A DNA stretch of 64,000 nt from Octopus vulgaris (GCA_951406725.2 OX597815.1:162750001-162814000); one strand, 5' to 3'. Positions 12,838 to 27,021 are shown, counted from the first letter of the stretch. Notes: generated by a model from the letters alone, not told the origin. Numbers and translations are program-made.

Positions 12838-13080
12838 ATACAGGACATCATCAATGAGTGAAAAATACATAAACATATGAGAGATAAGTGCAGGACAAAA
12901 TACCAAAAAGAAGATAAATTGCTCGTCAATTGTCGACTGTTTTACTACTCCCTATTTCATGCTTAGGGAGTAGTAATACAGTCGACAACTGACAAGCGAA
13001 TTAATTTTTTTACTGGTATTTTGTTCTGTACTCATCTCTCATGTGTTTACATATTTTTCAGTTATTGGTGATGTCCTGTA
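12838..13080. repeat. ~240-bp imperfect palindrome (fold-back)
   Basis: caggacatcatcaat...gtcgactgtttt actactcccta / tagggagtagta atacagtcgac...attggtgatgtcctg. Confidence 0.85.
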
Positions 13081-13724
13081 TATATAAAAGATATAATTAA
13101 GATTTAGTTGAATTTGGTATTTATATTGAGGCACCATGCTAGTTCGGTATAATCTGCACATCCCAAGAATATTATTAGAATATTGAATATCAAGACTCCG
13201 TATAGGGGCATTTGTACCCAGTATTCTTATTGTGTGTGTGGACAACACAACCGAGCTAAGTGAAGATATCTGCTCTTGGTAATTCAGACACATACTGATG
13301 TAAAGGAACTTTCTATAATATTTCCGAAGTGTAGATTCTTTGTTATTTATATATATATATACATACACACACACACACACACACATATATATACACACAT
13401 ATATATATATATACACACACACATAATTCACATATGTTAATGGCGTGTTATTCGATGCAAATTTTTTATTTCTTGAAGCGAAATCATTTCCAATTCTCCA
13501 TTTAGGTGGAGAGGGTTATATTAGTTGTGTGTGAGCATTAACAGTGACAGTAGATAAAAGAGGTGTTATGCATGGATGATGGAATATGGCAGAAAAGAGA
13601 GAACATGGCTGGAGGAAGATTGAGGAATGGAAGTGGTTCTGGAGTGGGGGAGGAAAGACAAAGGTAACAAAAGGGAGGGGATGTAGTATGTGCCATATCT
13701 GCGATATGCATGAGGAATATTTGA

Positions 13725-13955
13725 AGGACAAGGAAAAACCTGGCTGATGACAGTCAAGGCTGATCTGGAACCCAACGTAGCCCCCCTCCCCGTATCTACG
13801 GCGCTCACCACTGGAATAAGGAGTGGCTAGAGATCACGCGGTCGTTAGCCTCAAATTGCCAGGCCTGGTTGGCGTTTGTGAGAGATGCAGCATTGAGGAT
13901 GAATGAAGCCAGCTCAACCCACCCCGGGTGAATGCTGTCAAGTCAAGTCAAGTCA
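13725..13955 (+). mobile_element. 3' end of a second RTE-clade LINE with (CAAGT)n tail
   Basis: KTWLMTVKADLEP...WNKEWLEITRSLASNCQAWLAFVRDA..PG*, then gtcaagtcaagtcaagtc. Confidence 0.75.
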
Positions 13956-14404
13956 TATCTGCTCTCAGGTGATTGTGGTAGTTAAATAATACCTGAGATA
14001 AGGAAGTGATGAGTGTTAAGGAAAGTGATATAGCAGAAACTTGACAGGGCAATCAGAATTGAGGTGGGGAAGACCTTCGCACATACAAACATTTACCAAG
14101 ATGGTTTTAGGATATTAATTCTGTCTTGGTGGATGGGTCTTCCCAAGCACAGCAAGGCACCAAATATCTCAGTCGTCTGTCATCTCCTCCATGGGACCCA
14201 GCATCTTGAGATTGACCTTCAGTGCTTCCTGGGTCTTCCTCCTCGACAAGTTCCATCCGTTTTAAGTGATCAGAACTTTTTTATGCACCTGTTATGTCTG
14301 AGACACTTGGCCCTTGAGCCATTGTGTAACTTCTGTCAATTATTAATGAAAAACATATATATTCATGTTCTGCGTTCTATTTTCTTTATTTGCATCACTA
14401 AACC

Positions 14405-14434
14405 TAAATATATATATGTTTATACATACATACA

Positions 14435-14467
<33 letters not shown>

Positions 14468-14598
14468 CTATAAACACCTACACACCATATATATATGTGA
14501 GTATATATATGTATGTATGTATATATGTATATATATATATATATGTATGTATATGTGTATATGTATGTGTGTATATATATATGTGTGTGTATATATAT

Positions 14599-14639
<41 letters not shown>

Positions 14640-14856
14640 CACTAACGCATACACACTCATATTGCGTAGGCTATAATTTGAAAAATTATTCAATACCTTA
14701 CAAAAAGTAGTCAATATTTCTTTCATTTACGACTGACAACAAATCTATGGTAATTTCAATACAATTCTCTAAGTCATCAAAAGATAAAAATGACTGCAAT
14801 ATAAAGCAGCAACTTATATAATCATTAATACAATATATATATACATATATATATAT

Positions 14857-14897
<41 letters not shown>

Positions 14898-14910
14898 CAT
14901 ACATGCATGC

Positions 14911-14941
<31 letters not shown>

Positions 14942-15170
14942 CTTATATATATATATACATACATATGTATATATATACTTATATATATATACATACATAT
15001 GTATATATATATATATATACATATGTATATATATATTTATGCATATACATATATATACATACATATATGTATATATATATACATATATACCTATACATAT
15101 ATACATACATGCATGAATATATATATATTTATATATATATGTATATATATACCTATACATATATACATAC

Positions 15171-15250
<80 letters not shown>
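14405..15250. repeat. Two long compound (TA)/(TACA)/(CA) microsatellite tracts
   Basis: Directly visible at 14405-14640 and 14830-15250. Confidence 0.95.
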
Positions 15251-15253
<3 letters not shown>

Positions 15254-15817
15254 TTGGTAAACCAAGCTTCTACTATATATATCATCATCATCATCATTGT
15301 TTAACATCTGCCTTCCATGCTGGAATGGGTGGGATGTTTTGACAAGAGCCGACCAGGCGGAAGCCTGCACCAGACTTCTGTAACTGTTTTGGCAGGAATT
15401 TTGCTGCTTCATTCCCCCTCCTAACACCAACCACTCATCAGAGAGGACTTAGTGCTTTTTACGTGGCACAAGCACAGGAGAGGTCAGTTTTGGCGAGGTC
15501 CAATTTTTACAGCTGGATGCCCTTCCAAACACCAACCACTTTACAGTGTGGACTGGGTGCTATTAAGTGGCACCTGCACTGACAAGGTCACCAAGTACTT
15601 GCAAATATATATACTCCTTACTCTTTTACTTGTTTCAGGCTGACCAATGCTTTTGTGCGAGAAATTTGCTATATAGTAACCACATGGAAACTCCTCCCTT
15701 ATATGTTAGTACATATGTATGCATGATTCTTCACATTGTCCCCTTACAAGCAAAAATGATAACAGTTTGTCTATAATTCATAAACAAAATATCCCATTAT
15801 TTAGCAGTTTTTGTTAT

Positions 15818-16240
15818 AGGCACAGACGTGGGTGTCTGGTAAGAAGCTTGCTTCCCAACCACGTGGTTCTGGGTTCAGTTCCACTGCATGGGATCTTGGG
15901 CAAACATCTTCTACTACAGCCTTATGCCAACCAATGCTTTATGAGCGGTTTTTGTAGATGAAAACTGAAAGAAGCCTATTATGTTTGTGTGTGTGTATGT
16001 ATGTGTTTGTGAGTGTCTTTGTGTCTGTGTTTGTCTCCCACCACCGTTTGACAATCATTGCTGGTGTGTTTATTTCCCTGTAACTTAGTGGTTTGGTAAA
16101 AGAGATCAATAGAGTGGGTACCAGGCTTAAAAAATAATAATAAGTATTGGAGGCAATTCATTTGACTAAACATTTTTCAAGGTGGTACCCCTGGATGATT
16201 GCAATCAAATGACTGAAACAGGTAAGCGGTAAAAGATAGA
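15818..16240 (+). mobile_element. Full-length SINE family A with internal (TG)n
   Basis: tRNA-like head, core-like cttgggcaaacatcttc, 3' half gtctgtgtttgtc..aatgactgaaac. Confidence 0.85.
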
Positions 16241-16814
16241 AGATATGTGAAAGCCATTCGTATAGAACATACCTTATTTGAAACACAATTAATGATGGGT
16301 GACAGGAGAGGCATCCAGCCGTAAAATACAGCCTCAGTAACTCTCATTTGATCCATGCTGGCATCGAAGAAACAGATGTAGAAACACTGATAATGACAAT
16401 GATGATAATGATGATGATGATGATGATGATGATGACAATGATGTGTTTTAAAGTCAACTGTCTGTATGTCAGTCCATCTATAACTTTGGTAAATAAAGTC
16501 TATTGTACAGCAAGTTAATTGAGAAGCGGTGTGCTTTGTTTTTCAAATGTCTTGAAACTATTTCAACTAAAGTCATTACCTTTTATTTATTTTTCTTTTC
16601 TCATATATGTTAATCTATCTTCATCATAATACAATTTTCTTTGATATGAATTTGTTGTATTTCACTAAATTTTGACACTTGGAAGTTTCTCTTACAAATT
16701 GCTGGCGTAATTTCTAAACTTTTCTTTTTGTTGCTTTTAACATTTGTCATCATGCTCAGCAAATTTTAAAATTTATATAATAGAGCTTCAATATCTATTA
16801 TTCTGTATATAGAT

Positions 16815-16820
16815 ATGTGT

Positions 16821-16868
<48 letters not shown>

Positions 16869-17545
16869 GTGTGCATGTATATATGTATTTGTTTGTGTAT
16901 GTGGGTATTTAGGTATGTATGTAGTATGTATGTATTTATGTGTGTGTGTGTGTGTGTGTATGTAGTGTGTACGTATATACTTATGTGTGTGTGTGTATGT
17001 GTGTGTTATAGGTACAGGTGTGTACTTGTGTGTGTGTGTGTGTGTGCGTGTGCATGTGCATGTATATATGTATTTGTTTGTGTATGTGGGTATTTCGGTA
17101 TGTATGTAGTATGTATGTATTTATGTGTGTGTGTGTATGTAGTGTGTATGTATATACTTATGTGTGTGTGTGTATGTGTGTGCTATAGGTACAGGTGTGT
17201 ATGTGTGTGTGTCTTATAGGTACAGGTGCATGTGTGTATTTGTGTACATGTATTTGTATGTATGTATGTGTGTGTGTGTACATGTATGTATGTATTTGTG
17301 TGTTTGTGTGTGTATGTAGTGTGTATGTATATACTTATGTGTGTGTGTATGTGTGTGTATGTGTGTGTTATAGGTACAGGTGTGTATGTGTGTGTGTCTT
17401 ATAGGTACAGGTGCATGTGTGTATTTGTGTACATGTATTTGTATGTATGTATGTGCGTGTGTTACATGTATGTATGTAGTGTGTATGTATGTATTTGTGT
17501 GTTTGTGTGTGTATGTATGTATGTATGAATGTAGGTGTGTGTGTG
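16815..17545. repeat. Higher-order GT-rich minisatellite with repeated tataggtacaggtg anchors
   Basis: Anchors recur near 17007, 17185, 17215, 17369 and 17400; ~185-bp units are duplicated. Confidence 0.85.
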
Positions 17546-17824
17546 TCTTTAATACAAATGTTTGTCCTGCTATCTGTTTAGCTTGTCAATTACACAATGT
17601 GAAAAAAAACCTACACAACAACATAAAAACAATTAAAATATATAAACAATTGAGTAAAGCAAAATAGAAAATAGAGTGGTTGACAAACATCCAGAAGATT
17701 CAAAAATCTAATGAGAATAAAATAAATATTGAAAAGGCTATGTCTCGAGTTTTTTGACAGAGACAGAAATTGATTAAAATCATTACAAAATAGTTAAATG
17801 AAAGATAATAAAGTGATGTTTAAA

Positions 17825-18435
17825 ATTCTGCCACAAGGCCAGCAACAGCAGGGGCAAGGCTAAGTTTATTACGTGAACCCCAGCGCTTAATTGGTGCTTT
17901 ATTTTATTGACCTTGGAAAAATGAAAGACAAAGTTGACCATGGTGGGATTTGAACACAGAATGACATGAAAATTGAGAAGAAATGCTGCTAAGCATTTTT
18001 GTCTGATGCACTAATGATTCTGCCAACTTGCCACCTTTAAATTGAAGGTAATATAATCCTTTCTAGGGGGCTAAGCAATTACACTGACTCCCCTCTCCCC
18101 CAGTGTACAACTGGTATTTATTTTATCGACCCTGAAAGGGGGAAAGGCAAAGTCAACCTCAGTGGAATTTGAACTCAGAAAGTAAAACCAGATGAAATAC
18201 CTATTTCTTTACCACCCACAAAGGGCTAAACACAGAGAGGACAAACAAGGACAGACAAATGGATTAAGTCGATTATATCGACCCCAGTGTGTAACTGATA
18301 CTTATTTAATCGACCCCGAAAGGATGAAAGGCAAAGTTGACCTCGGCGGTATTTGAACTCAGAACATAGTGGTAGATGAAATACTGCTAAGCATTTTGCC
18401 TGGTATGCTAACGATTCTGCCTGCTTGTTGCCTTT
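17825..18435 (-). mobile_element. Tandem SINE family B copies
   Basis: Repeated tcgaccccgaaaggatgaaaggcaaagttgacctcggcggtatttgaactcagaa. Confidence 0.85.
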
Positions 18436-18559
18436 AAATTGAAGAAAATATAATGATATTTAAAATTAGGCATAGTTCACAAACAATATTTCAAAACACT
18501 AAGAATCAAGGGATGTAGAAAAGTTTGGTACTTTATAGGGTCGTCCAGATTCAGAGTAA

Positions 18560-19045
18560 AGGTGCATGGCTTAGTGGTCAGATATGTTTGACTCATGATT
18601 GTATGATTGTGGTTTCAATCCCTGGACTAAGCAACGCATTGTTTTCTTGAGTAAAGTGCTTTATTTCATGTTGCTCCTGTCCACTCAGCTAGCAAAAAGT
18701 GGGGGATATAAAGCTAAGACGCCCTTCCGTCATGAATGACCATTGGATTGCACCAAGAAAGTTCCCCTCTGAGGCACAAATCCAGGCAAGGGTTTTATTA
18801 TGGAAGACCAGCAGCTGCTGATGCATACCATCCTGTCTTCTCCATGCCACTGATGTTATCCAAGGGAAAGGCAAAGGCCAATACAGCTTGGCACCAGTGA
18901 CATCGCGACTCACTTCTTCAGCTGAGAAAACTGGAGCAACGTCAAATAAAATGTTTTGCTCAAAAACACAACACACGGGCCTCTTAAGGAATTGAACTCA
19001 CTACATTATTATGAGCTTGATGTTCTAACCACTGAGCCATGTGGG
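18560..19045. mobile_element. Two SINE family C copies in opposite orientation
   Basis: + head ggtgcatggcttagtggtcag (18560); - copy ends ctaaccactgagccatgtg; homologous to 44373-44705. Confidence 0.75.
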
Positions 19046-20049
19046 GGGAATATATACACCACAGACACTTGGAAAATGGCCTTATGAACTTATATTACTT
19101 GGGAAAGAGCTTTATCCTTTATTTTTGATCCAGATTCACCAGTAAAGGCATATGCCCCTAGTTGTTAGTGTGTTGCATTAATAATCACAAGATTGTGGTT
19201 TTCATTCCTGGCAGGGTGGTGGTGCGCTGTGTGTTTTTGAGTAAAACAAAAACACTTCATTACATTCTGCACCAGGTCCACTCAGCCATAAATGAGTTCC
19301 AGCAATGGCTGGGAAGTTTTCCCAGTGACACACCAGTCTCCAGTTCTGCAGGGAATGTTGTAATCTCAGTTGCTTATATGCCATGGGAATCAGATTAACC
19401 CTTTTGAGACACACAGTGATTTGGTATGTGTAGCCTGAAAAGACCAAATTCTTTTCCTATTGAGATCCATCTACAGAAAGATAATCTCTGATTAGTTATT
19501 ACACTTGAAAACTAACCATTTACGACATTTGCTCCATCAGGCTGATGGATCGGTCTCAAAGACCTTTCAGCTTGTATCACTTGGAATGATGGCTCGGCCC
19601 CAAGAAGGTTAAGCTCTGGCCTCATGAGATTTAGGGCTCGTGGCAGACTCCACACCATCCCCCACTTCTTCAGAGTCAGCTAGATCTGTTTTGTGCAGAA
19701 CTAAATTCGCCATATGTTTCTGAAGTTACCCAAAGGAACAAAGGTGCAGAAATGAAAGAGATTTGGAATATATCAAGCAGAATGGGATTTTGTGAAGACA
19801 AGAACTAATAATGCTCTGGGAGAGACTTTAAAATAACATAGAAAACCAGGCGATGGAAAGAATGAATAAGAAAATCCAAAGTGATATGCTGCACAATTGC
19901 CAGAACAAGCAGAAATTTGACAAGATCAAATGACAACATTACAAGTGTTAAGACAGGGATGAAGAGACTGAAAGAACAAAGGAGGATGCAAATGTACAAA
20001 TGTAAGTGATGAGCGAATAAAAATCATATACATAGCATATCATCATCAT

Positions 20050-20539
20050 AGGCGTAGAAATGGCTGTGTGGTAAGTAGCTTGCTGACCAACCACATGGTT
20101 CTGGGTTCAGTCCCGCTGCATGGCACCTTGGGCAAGTGTCTTCTTCTATTATAGCCTCGGGCCGACCAAAGCCTTGTGAGTGAATTTGGTAGACAGAAAC
20201 TGGAAGAAGCCTGTCATGTATATATATATATATATATATAATTAATTAATAAGGGTGAGAGAATTAGATACTAATTTAATAGTATATCTATTCTACACCA
20301 AGTGGCCTAGTGCTTCGAGAAACCTGGATTATTATAATATTTTATAATATATTATAATATTTTTACAAAATAAATATAAGAGAGTGGTCACTATATGGCT
20401 CACTCTAGCACCAGTTAATCCAAAGGTTTCAACCACAAAAATCGTACTGACTTTCATGGGAAACATGTATTTTTGTGGTTGAAACCTTTTGGATTAACTG
20501 GTGCTAGAGTGAGCCATATAGTGACCACTCTCTTATATT

Positions 20540-20595
<56 letters not shown>

Positions 20596-20822
20596 ATGTG
20601 TGTATTATATTTGTGTGTCTGTGTTTGTCCCCCACCAATATCACTTGACAACCGATGCTGGTGTGTTTATGTCCCCATAACTTAGCGGTTCGGCAAAAGA
20701 GACCGATAGAATAAGTACTGGGCTTACAAAGAATAAGTCCTGGGGTTGATTTGCTTGACTAAAAAGTAGTGCTCCAGCATGGTCACAGTCAAATGACTGA
20801 AACAAGTGAAATAGCAAAAGAG
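20050..20822 (+). mobile_element. Full-length SINE family A with a fold-back insert in its internal (TA)n
   Basis: Head ggcgtagaaatggctgtgtggtaag; 3' half 20595-20822. Confidence 0.85.
20369..20543. repeat. Near-perfect ~74-bp-arm inverted repeat
   Basis: 20369-20442 vs 20469-20543; only a single indel seen. Confidence 0.9.
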
Positions 20823-21030
20823 TTAACATCATCATCATCATTTAACATCTGTTTTCCATGCTGGGATGGATTTGACAGTTTGACAGGAGCTGGTAAGGCT
20901 GGGGACTGGGGAACACCAGGATCCATTGTCTCTTCTGACCTGATTTCTATGGCTGGATGCCCCTCCTAACACCAACCGCCTTACAATGTGGACTGAGTGC
21001 TTTTTATGTGACACCAGCACCAGCACCAGC

Positions 21031-21232
21031 CGTCCAAGAATTTGGACCTGGAGATCTCCATTTCCAGCGACTTCGAGGTCCACCTCCCAGTGGTGTCGGG
21101 TGACAATGATGAGCCCTCGACTACAAGACGACCAAAGTTTTTTTTTTCCCAAGGTCTGGGGTCTCCCGCCCCTAAGCCCTAGACCATCACCTAATCACCC
21201 TTACTTGTCTTGTTGCTTAACAACAACAACAA
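21031..21232 (+). mobile_element. Young 5'-truncated LINE 3' end with (CAA)n tail and 16-bp TSD
   Basis: TSD cagcaccagcaccagc at 21015-21030 and 21233-21248; GC/CpG-rich body. Confidence 0.7.
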
Positions 21233-22546
21233 CAGCACCAGCACCAGCAATGTCTGTTCTGGCATGGTTTCTGTGGATGCCCTTCCTAACACCAACCCCT
21301 TTACATAAGCGTACTGGGTGCTTTTTATGTGGCCCCCAGCACCAGTGGGTTACTAACCCTAACACTTACATCACGATCACGATCATGATAATGGTCATCA
21401 TCATCACTGCCATCATCATCATCATCATCATTTTAATGTCCACTTATCCATGCTTGTGAGGGTGAGACAGAATTCATCAAGGCCTGATTTTTAACAGCTG
21501 GATATACTTCCTGTTGCCAACCCTCATTTGTTTCCATGTAAAGTATATTTCCATATGGCTAGACAGGCTTTTCAAGGGAGACTGGTAACAAATTACGTCA
21601 TTTGTATAATGGTGATGCCCATTTACAGTCATCACATGATGTCAAGGTAAACACACACACACATGCGTGCACACACACACACATGCGTGCACACACATAC
21701 ATGTACACACACACACAATGGGCTTCTTTAAAAAAAAAAGGTTAAGTTACTTTCTCGAGTTGTGGTGATTCATAAGGGCTGGTTTCCCAGTTTTCTAGTA
21801 TATATATTCCCCACTTGGATGGGACGCTGGTCCATCGCAGGATTACTCATTTTTATAAACTGAGTGGACTGGAGCAATGTGAAATGAAGTGTTTTGCTCA
21901 AGAACACAATGCATTGTCCAGTCCAGGAATAGAAACCACACTCTTATGATCATGAGTTTAACACTATACCACTAAGCCATACATCTCCACATGGGCATCT
22001 TTGTATCACTGTGTAGCAAATCCACTCATAAAAAAACTTTGGTTGACCTGGAGCTATCGTAGAAGATGCTTACCCAAGGTGCAGCACATTGGGTCTGAAC
22101 CCATGAAATGTAATTATTATGATGGAGATTTGGTTGTTATATTTAGCTGGTCAAGTGACCACATAGAGTCTCTCTTAAAAATTTTTTTTTATCTTAAATA
22201 ATTTTCAAATGAAATCAGGTTTAACCTAAATTTTTAATCACATGCATTTGTGAAATCCTAATGTAATTTTTCTAATGCCATAAAACTTTATAATTAATAG
22301 AATTATCAAAATCTTAGATTAGCTGCCAGTTGCTGTACAATGCAAATGCATTACCAAAAAGCCAAAATAATTTGGAAACAAAATTTTGCTCAGTAAATAT
22401 TAAAATCTTATCTGTAATGTGATAAATTTTAAAAGCTGTTCTTGTCTAGCCATAGGTTAGCATAAATTGAACAGATTTATGAAATGTATTCCAGCTATTG
22501 ACCATCTTGTCTGTTTTGGTGAATCATGAACTACATCATCTAACGC

Positions 22547-22782
22547 AGTGGTTCTCAATGAGGGTCTATATGACTTTTAGGGGTCCACATGAAATTTTGT
22601 TGCTAAAACTTTATGTGCAATAAACTGGTTATATTTCTACAAAACACAAAATATTTTAACAATTTTTTAAAAATACAGTTCCTAATATTTACTTGTAAAA
22701 ATACAATAGAAGTTTTTAGCCATTGAATGAGCAAATAGAAACTAATGGGTGTCCATAAGTAAAAAATAGTTGAAAGCTACTG
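22547..22782. mobile_element. hAT (Charlie-like) MITE
   Basis: cagtggttctcaa...gttgaaagctactg; homologous to 38742-39233. Confidence 0.7.
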
Positions 22783-22917
22783 TTCTGATGTATCATTTCT
22801 CTATGTAAAACAGTACAGTGTTATTTGCAGATAGATCTGGTTACTATTTCTAGAGGTTTGATTGACAGAGAGAGTCCCACATGGCTAATTTTAGAAAAAG
22901 ACAATTTTATAAGGTAA

Positions 22918-23514
22918 GCAGGTGTGGCTGTGTGGTAAGAAGTAAGCTAGTTAAAGGTGGCGAGCTGGCAGAAACGTCAGCACACCAGATGAAATGCTTA
23001 GCGGTATTTTGTCTGCCGCTACATTCTGAGTTCAAATTCCGCTGAGGTCGACTTTGCCTTTCATCTTTTCGGGGTCAATAAATTAAGTACCAATTATACA
23101 CTAGGGTCGATATAATCAACTTAATCCATTTGTCTGTCCTTGTTTGTCCTCTCTGTGTTTAATCCCTTGAGGGTAGTAAAGAAATAGGTTTTTTGCCTGC
23201 CGCTACTTTCTGAGTTCAAGTTCTGCTGAGGTTGACTTTGCCTTTCATCCTTTTGGGGTCAATAAATTAAGTAACAGTTACGCTGTAGGGTTAATGTAAT
23301 TGACTTAAAAACCCTTTGTATGTCCTTGTTTGTCCCCTCTATGTCTAGCCCCTTGTGGGCAATAAAGAAATAAGAAGTAAGCTACCCAACCACATGGTTT
23401 GAGGTTCAGTTCTACTGTGTGGAATCTTGGGCAAATGTCCTCTACTGTAGCACTGGGCAGCCAAAGCCTTGTGAGTGGATTTAGTAGATGGAAACTGAAA
23501 GTAGCTTGTCATAA

Positions 23515-23547
<33 letters not shown>

Positions 23548-23870
23548 TGTATGTATGTATGTATGTATGTATGTATATATGTATGTGCATATGTATGTAA
23601 GTATATATGTGTATGTATGTATATATGTGTATGTGTATGTGTGTATGTATGTATATGTGTATATTTGTATGCATGTCTGTGTGTGTGCTTTGTCTTGATT
23701 ACCCCTTGACAACCAGTGTTGGATTGTTTATGTTCCTATAACATAGTGATTTGGCAAAAGGGACTGATAGAATAAGTATCAGGTTTTAAAAAATAAGTAC
23801 TGGGGTTGATTATTTGACTAAAATCCTTCAAGGATGTGCCCCAGTTTGGCTGCAGTCAAATGACTGGCTG
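22918..23870 (+). mobile_element. SINE family A interrupted in its head by a dimeric SINE family B (~22950-23372)
   Basis: taagaagtaagcta appears on both sides of the B insert (~22936 and ~23371). Confidence 0.8.
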
Positions 23871-24479
23871 TGCGGTAAGAAGCTTGTTTCCCAACTGCAT
23901 GGTTCTGGGTTCAATCCCACTGTATGGCACCTTGGGCAAGTACCTTATACTATAGCCTCAAGCTGACCAAAGCCTTGTGGTAGACTGAAACTGAAAGAAC
24001 TGTATCATTCATATATAAATATATCATATATATCATTCATATAGAAAAGGAAAGATTTGGCTGCTGTTTCTAGCATGCCTTACTACCATGTAACAGCTAT
24101 TTGTGTTCACACCGACATATTTACCAGCTTTTTTCCTAAACACTAAAGGGTTAAAATGTGCCAAAACTATAAAATCAGCTTTTTTGGCCTTTTTGAGGGC
24201 TTTAGAACCTAAAAACTAGTTCTTTTTGTTTTTGTTTTTGCTTAGAGTTAAAAAAATGTTGTTTTTATAGTTTTAAATTTCAAAGGGCCTAAAAAAGGTT
24301 GATTTCATAGTTTTGGCCCTTTTTAGGGTTTCAAAGGCTTTTAGACCTAGAAAAGGATAAAAGCAAAAAAAAAAACAAAAACAAAAAAACAAAAAAAAAA
24401 ACCTGAAATGAAACACAATATTAGTATTAAACTAAACTAAGTTTATTGATGATGTAGCTGTGAAAAAATAAAACAAAAA

Positions 24480-25618
24480 TGAAAAACACAATATATGCAT
24501 AATTTAATTTTTCCTCTTCTCCATTTTGTTGAGATTCATGTTGCCCTTCATGAAAATTAACATACTAAATTCAACTTACGATGAAAGTAAGCAAAATTTG
24601 CTTTAGAAGCATTGAGATGTATTGAAAGGTAAAGAAATAATTTATTCTCAAATGCCTGATAATGCTAATACAATAGCATGAACAGGATAAACTATCCATA
24701 TATTGCAGAAAAATTCGTTACTGGTCAGCCATGAGATTTGAACTCATATCCCTGTGATTATGCGTCACAGGCATGTGAGTTTGAGTCTCATGGCTGGCTG
24801 GCCAGTAACAAATTTTTCTGCACTATATGAATAGTTTATCCTGTTCATGCTATTGTACTAGCATTATCAGGCATTTGAGAATAAATCATTTCTGTATCTT
24901 TTAACATACTAAAACATACTAAAATAGACAAGGACGATCTCTTGGCACTCAAGATGTCCTTGCCCATGGAAAATAAATGTTCAATTGCAGCACTGGAAGG
25001 GATGGCTGTGTTGAACTTCATAAACAAGTCCACCAACACTCAAGAAGACAGCATCTGTCAGTATATCTTTGGAGTTGGTCTCCAACCAGGTCTTTACTGA
25101 ATTCTGGGCCTTATCCTTCAGTGACCTGTGACTTCTGCTCTCTTTTTGTTGGGTGACACCACTGAAGAAGTCATCCTCTCATCCTCTACATTGTTGCTGC
25201 CTCTACAGTTGGTGCTCACTTCATCAGATTGCTGCTTCATGGCCTCCTTGACCTTATCCTTCATGCTTCTCCTCACGTTGGTGATCTTGGTGCTATCATA
25301 CCTACCCAAATAGATGAAATGAAACCTGGGGTAGAAGGCAGCAGCCAGTTGGCATTTCTCATCATCCAGGGGGTCACAATTCTTTTGTCGATGCCTGCCA
25401 AAACTTCATTGACCAAGGGGTCAAAACTGTGTCAACCAAAAAGGGCTGCAGTAGATGACTTTTGGGTTAACAGACTTGAGTTAACGGGAGCTAAATGTAA
25501 CAGAAGTTAATTAGTTTGATAATGATTTTCAAAGTTAACTTAAAAGTTAAATCATTCACAAAAATGTTAACTTCATTAATTAATGATTAACTGATTAACA
25601 TACTTACACCCAGCTTTG
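24480..25618 (-). mobile_element. Internally deleted hAT transposon with C-terminal dimerisation-domain remnant
   Basis: DLFMKFNTAIPSSAAIEHLFSMGKDILSAKRSSLS...FSMLIFMKGNMNL; CQLAAAFYPRF; terminus caaagctggg with gttaa subterminal repeats. Confidence 0.8.
24570..24900. mobile_element. Fold-back insertion into the hAT ORF with 13-bp TSD
   Basis: TSD ttaacatactaaa at 24557-24569 and 24901-24913; palindrome ~24620-24905 centred near 24763. Confidence 0.8.
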
Positions 25619-25634
25619 TATATATATATATATG

Positions 25635-25705
<71 letters not shown>

Positions 25706-26924
25706 TATCATATCATATCATATTTATATATGTATATATGTACATATATGATGGGTTTCCATGCAGTTTCCATCTGCCAAATTCACTCACAAGTCGTCAG
25801 CTTGGAGCTATAGAAGACAACACTTGCCCATGGTTCCATGCATTGGGACTGAACCTAAAGCCACGTGGTTGCAAAGGATACTTTATTTTCTTGAAGAAAA
25901 AAAAATAGGATGTAGTTTGAAGGAAGTTTAGCTACTGTCTTTAGCAGGTTAAATGACATGTGGAAGCTTCTTCAGCATACATTACAGTAAATGTTTAGAC
26001 CCAGTTTCTTCCCCAATGGAATGGACATAGCATTGAAGGTATTTTAGCAATGAATTTGGTTTCTATTACTAGCAAGTCAATTCACTATGTAGATGCTTCT
26101 TTATTGGCTTGCAATAAAATAAGCCTAATTGTTATGTTTAGTAGGGAAGAGTCTGTGTGTGTGTGTGTATGTGTGTGTGTGCGCGCACGCATGTGTGTGT
26201 GTGCTTGTGTGTGAGTGAATGTGTAAGAATGCACTTGAGAATGTGTGTGTGTGAATTAATGCTTCTGTGTTTATGTTTGTTTGTGTTTATGTGTAGAAAT
26301 GCCCCATCATGATATCTTGTGACTGTGTACCTAATTAAATAAAAATTGTGATTTTAACTAAAAAAAATTAAGGAAAAAACCCAAAAATAAAAACAAAGAA
26401 AATTATGTTCATAACTTTCCATTTTTATTAACAATTCATTCCATTTTTTTTTGGCTTGTTTTACACTATTTCACTTGATGTATTTTTTTTTTTGCGACAG
26501 TTGTGATGATTATTTTTGGAGCAATTAATTTTACAGCTTGTTGCTCTCCTTACTGCTAACCACTCATCTGTTAAAGTGGAGATTGTGTGGATCGGAAACT
26601 TTGATTATGTCAGACAGGAAGACTTGAGCATGCAGAGTTATGCATCTTGCTCGGGGCCACAATACAGCAGCAGCAGCAGTAGTAGTTGCAGTTGTTGTTG
26701 TTTATCTCCTTGATCAGTCTTGATTGTGCAAACCTGCGATGAAAGGTGTTTCTTTGTCTGTGATTATCACATTTTCTTTTTTTTTTATCTTCAGTTTTCC
26801 GAGATGCCAGAATTTGGCAACTAGCTACTTCTAGCAGGTTGAACAGCCACATAATCGTACCTTCTTAGTAGTAGTAGTGGTGGTAGCATTATTATTATTA
26901 TTATTATTATTGTTATTATTATTA

Positions 26925-27021
<97 letters not shown>

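Noticed and set aside
26516-26713. Exon-like ORF after ttttacag
   Set aside because: Its start matches a diverged RTE 3'UTR motif and it ends in a CAG/TAG microsatellite; no donor
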